Shown piece by piece: positions 13,534-25,200 of a DNA stretch of 64,000 nucleotides. Under the pieces are notes generated by a model. The model worked only from the letters and a program-made list of their open reading frames with translations. It was not told the DNA's origin and searched no databases. Every line of letters starts with the position of its first letter. The first letter of the stretch is position 1. The stretch is from Aplysia californica. Taxonomy: Eukaryota. Made by a program: the position numbers and the translations under genes. The DNA lies in contig NW_004797511.1 in the NCBI RefSeq assembly GCF_000002075.1, forward strand, positions 881,549-945,548. The letters run 5' to 3'.

Positions 13534-14619
13534 TTTTTAAATTTTTTTTATTTTTTAAAATTATTTTTTTNNNNNNNNNNNNNNNNNNNNNNNNNNNNNN
13601 NNNNNNNNNNNNNNNNNNNNNNNNNNNNNNNNNNNNNNNNNNNNNNNNNNNNNNNNNNNNNNNNNNNNNNNNNNNNNNNNNNNNNNNNNNNNNNNNNNNN
13701 NNNNNNNNNNNNNNNNNNNNNNNNNNNNNNNNNNNNNNNNNNNNNNNNNNNNNNNNNNNNNNNNNNATTGTCTTATAAAGTTGAAATATGACTTATAAAT
13801 ATAAAAACATACTTACCTTCAACTGAAATTCAATACCTTCCATGCAGAGAGACACAAATAATATGGCCTTGAAAAAGAAGGAAAGCAACTTTGCAATACT
13901 GAGTGGTTTTTGGGGTTAAAAATAAATAGTAAGTTGAGGGGATATTATAACAGCAATAAGATACAATGTACAGTGATACATACGTATAGTACTCTACTTT
14001 CCTTACGGTACGGTTAATTTTTGCCCCCAAAAATACATGTTTAAATTTCGGGCCTCGCCCCAGTTTACCCGCGTCCAATGACCTTGCGTCCCAGTTCTCC
14101 ACACTCTTCCTGTACATGTGTATTGTATTGTTCATCTGTTTCTAACATTGCCAATATCNNNNNNNNNNNNNNNNNNNNNNNNNNNNNNNNNNNNNNNNNN
14201 NNNNNNNNNNNNNNNNNNNNNNNNNNNNNNNNNNNNNNNNNNNNNNNNNNNNNNNNNNNNNNNNNNNNNNNNNNNNNNNNNNNNNNNNNNNNNNNNNNNN
14301 NNNNNNNNNNNNNNNNNNNNNNNNNNNNNNNNNNNNNNNNNNNNNNNNNNNNNNNNNNNNNNNNNNNNNNNNNNNNNNNNNNNNNNNNNNNNNNNNNNNN
14401 NNNNNNNNNNNNNNNNNNNNNNNNNNNNNNNNNNNNNNNNNNNNNNNNNNNNNNNNNNNNNNGCGTGCGTGTGCACATACACACGCACATACAAGCCTAA
14501 CACGATGTGTATACAGACTCTTTCTTTTCTTAGTATTGACAAGGAATTATTGGTTCCCCATTAGCCATTGAAAGGGGAAGATGTCTGTTTTTGCTTCGCA
14601 CGCGACTTCTCGATAGGCT

Positions 14620-14887
14620 AGTTCACGTGTAGGCCAAGGCTATATCGCATCATCTAATATTAGACCAAAGAACGAAGACAAATCTCGGTTCCCTGAAGGT
14701 GTGTCTGACAGCCTGCGTTTTCATTGGCTGAATCCGACTCATGTCTTGCTTAACCATTGGTGGAAAAGTATAACACCCTGTGTTCGTAAACAGTCTTGAA
14801 GTACACGTTGGAAACCAGTTCCGGCAACCTCTCGATCAACGATTTCTGCTGTTTACCCTGGTGTTGCAAGTGCATTGTTGATATTAA
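14620..14887 (+). promoter_or_regulatory. Probable AASS promoter and non-coding first exon
   Basis: CACGTG at 14624, two ATTGG (reverse CCAAT) at 14723 and 14756, GTAAACA at 14786, Inr-like CCAGTT at 14815, donor GTAAGC at 14888 upstream of the acceptor at 15920. Confidence 0.55.
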
Positions 14888-15970
14888 GTAAGCAGCTTTT
14901 AACCCTAACCGTATGTTATCCTCATGAGTGTATTGCTATTTGTCGTAGTCAGAAAATGTAGGCCTAGCCGACAAGATGAAACGATGTCGGTAGCCAATAT
15001 CCTTGACCCTGTGCCTGTGACCCTTTTTCTTTATTTTATTCTTTTACCGCAGTGTGCGGCTTGTGCGGTAATGTGGCGTAACTACTTGTGGAAAACGGAA
15101 AACCACCAGGATCGAGGTGCTTTCCACGAGTGTCGGTTAAACGGTGTTGGCTTGTTTGATTCAGTAGCAGGCCTGTAGTCGTGCTAATTTTCAGACACTG
15201 GCCACAGGCAGAGATTGAACAAGTAAGTTTCTTCTTTTTCAAGAGGCTTGAAGAGACAAGACGGCCCCAACTGGCATGATTGAAGCAGCGAGCCTCCAAA
15301 TTTATTGACTTGCGGCAGGCTTTTTTTTAGGGCCCCATATTTTGCAATACCAGATCAGATCTCTCAAAATCACAATCGAAATATAGATTCTAGATCTAGA
15401 TTCTAGCTCTCATATATTAGCCCTGTCGGCACCGTGCTGGACTATGGAGCGGATGGCCCATCGTCCCAGGCTGGGCTTTTTTCAACACGTAGATCAAATC
15501 TAGATCTAGATTAGATCATTTTGTGGAGTTTTCAAGGTCCTTTCAAGGCTCTCAACCAATTTCCTCTGTCATAGTCTATAGTCGTACATCTTAATCCTTG
15601 GTAATGATATTGATCTAATGGGAGTTTTAAACCTCTGCTCTAGCCTCTATACAGTCACCAATTACTTTTTTACTCAAAAACATTCTCCGTCTACAACCTG
15701 CCATATGACCGTATGTGTCTGTGACACAGTCGGTGACAATCTTTGCTTTTTTCTCAGGGAAGCTTTCATGCTTGAGAAAAACAGGATCTGAATTTTTCTC
15801 ATTCTTTGAAACTAGCTCTCCACTCTTGATGTCCTGTCCTGATGATCAAATACTCCACCAATGAAATGAACTTACTTTATGTGTTATAATATTAAAGACA
15901 GAACATTCTTCTGTTATTAGGTAGAGCACCAAAGACGCTACATTCCCCACAGTGTATAGAGACAGTCAGA

Positions 15971-16252
15971 ATGAGCTGCATGTTGGCTAGGAAGGCATGC
16001 AGCCAGGGCTCTTTGAGGATGCTTCCTCTTCTCTGGAGAGGAGGTCGGGTCTTGACCCAAACAGCAACACCTGCTTTGTGCTCAGTGCATATCCGGTCCA
16101 GCAGTCAGCAGCCAGTGATGGCTGTGCGGAGAGAGACAGTCAATGTGTGGGAAAGGAGGGCACCATTGTCACCGCAGCAAGTGAGAAAGCTGGTCAGGAA
16201 GGGGGTGAAGGTCATTGTTCAGCCCTCAGATCGTCGAGCCTACAGTATGAAG
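15971..16252 (+). CDS. AASS: AASS coding exon 1
   Basis: MSCMLARK...WERRAPLSP...RRAYSMK; acceptor ttag at 15920, donor gtgagc at 16253. Confidence 0.92.
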
Positions 16253-19200
16253 GTGAGCCTAGTTTCTAACAATTTCTTCATTTCTACAGAGTTGAAGAAG
16301 GCATATTTATATTTGATTCTCCCCTTATTTCTGAGCCGTTTTCAGCACAAGCTGCATAAAAGGAAGATGCGAGGCATCATGATGAAACCAGGCTTTCGTC
16401 AAAATTATGGAGTCGTAAGAAATCAGCTTTTTTCGGCCAGTTTTGCAATTTTCATTGAATATTTAATTGTTTGGCTTAACACCTGTTTTGTCCATGTAAA
16501 GACAAATTTTTGTGTGATTTTTGCTGACAAACATTGATTATAAGCACAGAAAATATAAATTAACAGTTTTAAGGCCTCTTGAGCTTTGGAAATTACCAAA
16601 CTTTGGCGTCCATTTTCTTGCTAGTTTTACCCCTGGAACCAGGCGACCCCACCTCCGTAAATCGCAAATATATCAACTTCTATTCAAGATAGAGAGGGTA
16701 CTTTTTTCAGTTAAAAGCAAGGCAAATAAACAAGCTTTAAGATTATACCAATAACGCCATAATATGCCGAAAAATTGGCATGTATGTGCCTGATTCCAAT
16801 GTGTCGTGACACAAATGAATCTGCTTCAGAAATGCAATGCTGTACTGCACAGTGCATCACTAATTAACAATTGTGAGAGGTTTGTAGCCTTGTACTTTTG
16901 AGTATTATCACATATCAGGTAGGCCTGCAGTGGTTTCCGGCTAATAGAACGCACGTCAGGTAACAAGAAAAGCGTGTTCTTGTGCGAACGTGTTATTAAG
17001 CAAATTTTGAAGGGGAGTAAACTAGAGTAAGTGTATTCTGTCATCTGATCTCCTTTAGTGGATTGCGTCTTAAAGCTGAGCTTGCCGTAAGGCATATAAT
17101 GTTCCTACACCAGAGGTCACATGATACGAAATGACCATTATAATTTCAGCACCACCCTCTCACATGGTCGGTCACCGGCTTTCCTCGTTATGCAGTTGTT
17201 TCATACTTTATCCCTATGCTTTTTCCTCAAAGGCAAAGCTGCAATTTCATGTAATAAAGGTGGGCTGTGGTGTTTGCTTTTCTTCATGGGTTCCAAGTGA
17301 AATGAGTCATTTTCTGACTGAAATGTTTCTGACAATAATACAGGAACAATCTTACTTTTAGATAGAGTTATTTATCGATACTATAAATAACAGTGATGCA
17401 TGTCTTTTAATTTTGATTTCAATGGGATTTTTTTGCTGATTTGTGGCCACACCTTGCATTTACTTGTGTAATGTCTTGTTTTTTTGTTATTGAATGCCAA
17501 CTGCTTGTCCTCACTGTGCAGGAATATTCTGACATTGGTGCTGTCATCAAAGAGGATATGTCTGAAGCATCACTGATTATCGGCGTAAAGCAGGTGCCAA
17601 TTGACTCCCTGATGCGCGACAAGACATACGCCTTCTTTTCCCACACCATCAAAGCCCAAGCTGATAACATGCCTCTCCTGGATGCCATTTTGGAAAAGGT
17701 TTGATGCGAATACCTTAAAACATATATTGTTTTTAGTTTTGCAATCTTTTATATTTTTAAGAAGGATTCAAACCAATATGTTCTTCATTATAAATATCTT
17801 TGGTCTAAGTGCCCTGCTTTGAAAAGACATGTTTATGTATAGTAGGGTGACAAATGGGCACAAAAATAAACAATATTATTTATGTTCAGGAGCTTACTTG
17901 ATGACTTATGGCTGATGTAGCTGAAATTAGAAATTAACTTTTTGAAAATGTTTTCCAGAAGAGGTTGTACACTTTCTGTGCATGTAATCGTATCATAAGA
18001 ACAGTTGCTATAATTTTTTTTTAATTTTCAGAACATTCGTTTGATTGACTATGAGAAGATGGTGGACGAGTATGGCCAGAGAGTAGTTGCTTTCGGCAAG
18101 TATGCAGGTGTTTCTGGGATGATCAACATCTTGCACGGCATGGGCCTTCGTCTACTCGCCCTTGGCCACCACACTCCCTTCATGGTGAGTCAGAATAGGC
18201 CGCCAGATTCTCTTCTGGCCGGTCTTTATTTTCATGCCAGTGGATGCAGTGGAAAAAAAAAGAAGCAGCTTTAATTAGAATTTCTACCACGTTTGAAACC
18301 TGTTTCATTGATAAATTAAAAAGGGTCTCAATTTTTAGTGTTGCAGATCTAGTGTACCGTGTTCCTCTCCCAACTCAAAAGTTTCAGTTTGAATTTTTTT
18401 TTAAAGATACGTCCTGTAAGAAGAACTGAGATAAGAACTTATAATTAGCTTTTTTATTTGGTATACCCTTTTATGAAATATATTTCTATTTTCTCTAATT
18501 TGTGATCTTGCACTGTATTAACACCTATGGAACGGCGGACTAAAATACTCACAAAGCCCAACTACTTCCCCCGGACTGTGGACGAGTATACTCGTAAGAG
18601 AAACGATCTTGATCTATACAAAGGCCTATCGATGTTTCCCCAAACATATTTATGTTTGTGTTAACCCATTTGGTTCGATTTAGCTGTTTTGCTTCTGATT
18701 TCTGGCAATTTAAATGTGAACAGAGATCAAATGAGTTTAGAAAAGGTATTTCACCGACTCAGACAATGAGGTTGATTATTTGGATCAAGAGTGTACAAAT
18801 CGGGAAGAAAATGATGAAAGATAGATCTGGATTTAGTTATCATTGATTTAGGAGCTGTTTACTCTAAAAGTAGGTTTAGATCTAGTCTTTTATCCCTGTT
18901 AGGAACTGACTCTGTACAAAAGCTTACTATTACATAATTGAATACACCGAAATGACTCAAACCGAAATATTTTTTCAAGAAAATGTGTTTCAACATATGG
19001 AATCATATTCTTAACAGTTTGAAGTTTCATGTCTATAACTTTACTAGGGACTGAATTATTCATTATATTTGAGCTACACATATCTCGCATAGTCAGAAAG
19101 CGGGTGGCAGCTCCGGTCCTGGGAAATGGAAGTCAAATGTGAGGCCAGTCCCATAGGTGTTAACAGGATAATTCTTTTTTCTGTTTTGTTATTGTCCCAT

Positions 19201-22200
19201 ACAGGAACATAATGGTATGCATATTTAAATTTGCTTCAATTTGTATACAGTTCATTGGCCCAAGTCACAACTATCGGCATACAGAAATGGCACGCCAGGC
19301 TGTTCGAGATGCTGGTTACGAGATTGCGCTTGGACGAATGCCGAGGTCAATAGGACCTCTGACCTTTGTCTTCACAGGCTCTGGCAATGTGTCACAAGTC
19401 AGTAGACTTTTTTTCCTAGATTGGTCCTTTCCTGTTGTGTCCTTGCTATATTTTGTTGATGTTTGGGAGGTACCATTCTGATGTTTTAAAATTACTTTTT
19501 TGTTTTGTTCAGAAGTGTTTTCTGTTTTTATTGGTGTTCTTGTCCTTTCCTGGCACTACTTATGATTGTGGTGGTTGTGCTTGTCTATAATGCAAATAAA
19601 CAAATGAAAGAATATGAAGGGGGCGGGGGTGTGGAGAATCTAAATTAATAAGATCTCCGACTGCTATGGGTTTGTACTCCTTCATGTGTTTTCTCTGGGT
19701 TTTTTTAAGGTTCTCAATTTTTTCTCTTACACTGATGTACATATTGTTGTCCGTAAGTGATTACAATGGAGCCATCGAGCCATCATCTTCTGCTATGTGT
19801 GATTGACCCAGGGTTGGGGAGGGAAATAAATTTAAAATAAAAGCAAGATTTGTTGAACTATTTTTTGGATAATGATAAAGTGAAATAAAATTAAGAACTA
19901 GTGTGTTCGAAATGTATTTCATTGATCTCAAAACTAGTCCATAAGAAAAACTATATCACTGGCAAGTTGTTCAATTGCCCTACGCTTAGGAGGCAAAGTT
20001 TTTCAGGAGAGAATGAAAATTTCTTGTTTCTTTCTTTTAAAGATTGTACCTAAATCGTGCATCAATTCTGACTTTTTTCAACTTTTAGAATTTGAATTTC
20101 CACTATATATTTCTCGAGCACATGCAACCGATACCACAGATTAAAAAGCTGCTCTTAAATTGTAGGCTTAGTCTAAGTTAGTATATTTGAACAGCTGGCC
20201 AACGATATGGATTAACACGTTGCCATCATATTTTGGGGAAAATCCAAAAAAACTGGGTGGTAAACATCACCAATCGGCAAGATGAGGCAGCAAAGTGTTA
20301 ATAGAATGACCCATGGTATTGACTTGAGACCAAAAAAATGGGTGGTTGACGGGTGCTCTGGTGCAGTTTGCTTCTTCTTTCCTATCAAACCTCTATCGTC
20401 TTTTTCTCCCCTCCTTCTTATTTGTGTTTGTTACTCTCTTGTAACACCTCTTATCTTCAGCACTTATATGACCTTACTGTGTTGCAAGTGCTGTATGTAA
20501 AGCACTTATTAAAACAAAAAAGAAACCAAAAAATGACATTGAAGAGATAGTCAATCCTTAAACTTTGTATTGAAATTTGTCATACTCATTCTCACAGGGT
20601 GCCCAGGAAGTGTTCACTGAACTGCCTCATGAGTACATTGAACCTGAACACTTACCCAAAGTCGCTGCTCGAGGCTGTGAGTTTGTTTCTTCTGTATTTG
20701 CATAAGATAGATTTAGGGTTTTTGTGGGTGGTTGATGGGTGCTCTGGTATAGTTTGCTTGTTCTTTCCTGTCAAATATCTATCACCCTTATCTCTCCTCC
20801 TTTTGTTTGTATGGTACTCTCTAGTGACTCTTCTAATATTCATCCTTAAGATCTTTTTGTGTTGCGACTATTACTAAAACTGAACTAAAACTTACTGTGT
20901 ATTTAAACAAATACTACAATGAAAGGGGTGGAGATTTTATCAGGGTTTTTTTCCAGTTCAAATCTGCCATGTTCTTCATGCCCTTTTCGTGGAATTTAAA
21001 GTATGTACTGTGCACCTTCCTTCCACCCCCCCCACCCCCCCTATTTCCGCCAACCCATTTTGGTTTTCTAATAAACGAGGCACCTTACTTGAGATTTTTA
21101 TTTTTTTTCCTGTTTTTTCTTGTGTTTTTCAGCCATAGATTGCCTATATGCTCCTAATTTGATTCATTTTGTGAAGTTGTAATGTTGTCTGCTGTATAAA
21201 CAGTTTTGTTGTTGTATTAGCTAAAATTCTCTTTCAAGCAAATTCTTAGTCAAATATCTATACTTTTAAAAAAAGTATTGAACTGCAAACAAAATCTGTG
21301 CTTGTGTGCTACTGGTTTCCCCTTTAAACTACAATCTTTAAATTTTTTAAAATGGATTGCTTAGCCTCACATGAAACGAAATTTTCTTACAGCAACAAAC
21401 AAAATCTACGCATGCGTGGTGAGTCGAGATGACCATTACATACACAAAAATGGTGGGAAGTTCAACGCAGACGAATTTGAGCAGTACCCTGAAAGATATG
21501 CATCCACTTTTAGCCACAATGTAAGTCTGAGAAAAATCTTTGTGGTATTAGTTGTTAATATTGTCTGCTTTCGTTTCCACTTTCTGCCCCCACCCCCTTT
21601 GCCCCCTCCTCTGGGCTCCTGCCTCTTTCTGCAGCCTACTGCTACTCCTTGGCTCCTCCTTACTGCTGTCTTTCTGCCACACCCCTGATCTTCTGGTAGG
21701 AAAGAAATACACCTAGTTCAATATAACCCCCCCCCCCCCCCCAAAAAAAAAAAAAAAGACTGAACGCTTCTTGAATAAAAGGAAAGAAATTGTATTTCTG
21801 TTTTCTTCATATAACACTTTTCATCTTACTTGCCTCTGTCCAGTAGTTGGTTGCAAACTTGACTTGGTTGGCGGGTGCTCTAGTGTGGTTTGCTTCTTCT
21901 TTCCTATCAAACATCTATTGCCCTTGTCTCTCCTTCTGTTTTATGTTTGTTACTTCTTTGTAACACCTCTAATCTTCTGGGGCTCATATGACCTTATGCA
22001 GTTGCGAGCGCCGTAAAACCTCTACTAAAACAAAACCAAAAACTTTACTTGTACACATTTATAGACGCTTTTATTGGAATTTTGAATAGATCTAAATTTT
22101 ATGTTCTTGGAAAGTTTCCTCTCAGTCCATTATCTGTGGGTGGTTGGCTGGTGCTCTGGTGTGGTTTTCTTCTTTCCTATCAAGCATCTATTGTCTTTAT

Positions 22201-25200
22201 CGCTCCTCCTTTTTTTTGTGTTTGTTACTCTCTTGTAACACTTCTAATCTTCGGCTCTTATATGACCTTATTGTGTTTCAAGTGCCTTAAAACACTTACT
22301 AAAACGAAAAGTCCATTGTCTTGGTGTCGATAAAGTGTCTTGTCTTTAAAGTTATCTGTTGAGTATTCAGTTGAATGGTTGTAATTATTGAATGCCCTTC
22401 TAGAGACGTTAGTTTTCTTCAAAGTATGATCTACCATCATGCGGGACTTACGTGTGAGGAGAAATCTTCGTGGAAGACAGAGAGAATTTTTCTCTTTCGG
22501 ATAACACCCTTGAGCATCCACTTAGTATTTGGCTAGTGGATGGTAAACAGAAACAAAAGCAACTTTCTTCACTACAAATGACTGTACGGATCACCCCAGA
22601 TAGTGCCTTATGCCTCATGCAGTGCCTTCAGCATTTGTAGAGTTTTCAGCATCATCTTTTACCTAATGAGATTGAAAGAAAATGTTTGTACAAAAGAAAA
22701 TGGAAAGAATTCATGAATGTTCTAGAAAATCATAGAAACCTCCCACAAATGAAAACTGACTAGCTTCACAAATACTATTGATTATTTGTTGATGAAAGGT
22801 TGATCACTTTCCCTGACAACATCTGTGATTAAAAACCTGTTAATTATTCAGTAGTTATAATTAAATCAGTTCTCTTCTTTTCATTTGTGTTGGTTTGTTA
22901 GTTTACGCTAATGGACAGTTGTTAATGGACAACCAACCTCTGCTCTAGAGACTTTTAAGCTTGAAATGTACCCTAGTCCAAATTGTTATTGTCAAATCTG
23001 AAAAAAGCTTTAAATACCTGCTGGCTGCAAATACTATGTTAAACTTCAGCTAGGCTCAAGAAATAACTTTTGATACTTCAAACAACTATAACAAATGATT
23101 GTTCTAACAATACTAGATAGCACCGTATGCCTCATGCATCATCAACGGCATCTACTGGGCTCCTGGTGCCCCACGACTGATCACCATTCCGGAGGCGAAG
23201 ACGTTACTGCGACCCACAGATGCTCCGTGGATCCCTTCCTCCCCTGGCTGCCCCACCCTGCCCCATCGTCTTCTGGCCATCTGTGATATCTCTGCTGACC
23301 CAGGTGGTTCCATTGAGTTCATGAAGGAATGCACAACCATAGACAAACCTTTCTCTTTGTATGATGCAGAGCAGAATGTGGACAAGGAAAGGTATAACCA
23401 ATGTGCATGCCAGTTTCTATCCAAGTGATTCTTTTGAAATAGTAGAAAGTACATCTGCTCTGTTTTCAATTTATTACTTAATTTGATAGTTAAATTGATG
23501 AGTATAATTTTATTTGTTGGGTTGCTTTGGTTCTTTGCTAATGATGCTGCTATTGTTCAAACATGAAAACGTGGGTGGTTGGCGGTGCTCTGGTGTGGTT
23601 TGCTTCTTCTTTCCTACTAAACATCTATCGTTCTGATCTGTACTCCCTTTTTTTGTGTTTGTTACTCTCTTGTAACACCTCTAATCTTCCGCTCCTATAT
23701 GACCTTTTTGTGTTGCAAGTGCCGTAAAAGTCTTACTAAAACTAAAACTAAAAACATGAAAAAACTCTATCGTTATTCGTTATGTCAAGCCAAGGAACGG
23801 TATCACTTCTCGGTACCAGCCAGAAGTTTAGAGGCCGGGCAGTGACGGGAAGGGCCGTTCTCATGAGAAACGGGTGCTCGGCTTGTCTTGTGCCCACTCC
23901 TACTTTTCATTGCATACTGGAAGTGATATTTTATGTCTCATTGCTTCTGGTCTTGTCATTGCACATTGAAAGTGACATGTTATGTCTCATTTTATTTCTC
24001 ATACAGTTTTGCTGGTGACGGAGTGCTCCTGTGCTCTATAGACAACATGCCGGCTCAGATCCCCCGGGAAGCGACAGATTTCTTTGGAAGTCTCTTGTTG
24101 CCTTATGTATCAGAGATGGTACGTCTTTGATTTTGTGTTAACTGCAGTGTATAGTGTATGTGTCTTTTCTGCACAGCTTTTACTGATATCTGGTATCCTG
24201 CTTACTCCATGGCTCTGAATTACATTTATCAGTTCAATGGGTCTGTTTTTGTCTCAAACTCGTGGATGGTTGGCGTTAGCTCTGCTGTAGTTCGCTCCTT
24301 ATTTCCTATCACACACACCTATTCTCCTTATCTTTCCTACTTCTTTTTTGTATTTGTTTTCTTCTTGTAACACCAAATCTTCGGCTCAAATTTGACCTTA
24401 ATGGGTTGCAGGTGCTGTAAAACTCTTCTAAAATTAAACTGTCCCAAACTCACTTAAATTCATGAGTATGTCTTATTCCCTATTGGGAATTGCAGGACTC
24501 ATCTAGTGTTTGTTAAGCAATACAAAAGTTTAGCTTTGTAAAGTTGACTCTGTACTTGCAGTTTTCAAATTGGTGTTTGTTATTATTTTTCTAAAATTTA
24601 TATTATTGCCATATCTTTAATCAGTGGTAGTAGCACCTTGGATTAGAGTAACTTTCTAATTTATCTTTTCCCCTGTCTATAGCCTTGTGATTTCCTAGCA
24701 CTAAGTGAGCCATCATTGTGTCAATGGACTTTTCTTTGATTCATGGGTGATTGGCAGGTGATATATAATATAGGAGCTCACGTGTGATCTGTTCTTGTTA
24801 TGCTGTTGTCTTGTTGAAATGTGATTTTAATCATTCTGACTCTCCTGAAACTACACCTTAAGATTCTCAGTGCGGTCTTCTCTTTTGACTTCTTTTCAAT
24901 CAATATTTGATTTAAAAGATGAAAAAAAAATAAAATTTGGGGTTCTTTTACTCACATTGTTGTCAAATGTACATGTTATGTTCCCGAGCTTGATTCCTTT
25001 AACAGTTTTTGTTGTTGGTTTTCTGCAGCTGAAATCTGATGCGAAGCAGTCTTTCGAAGATTATTCTGGTAGCCCTATTGTGAAAAATGTGAGTAATCAA
25101 ATGTGTAGCAACAGTGTTTATGTATGCTCATAAAGCTCTTTTTTTTCTCCTTCACTGATACTGAGGTTTTCACTACCGACCAATAGATGTGTACTTGAAA

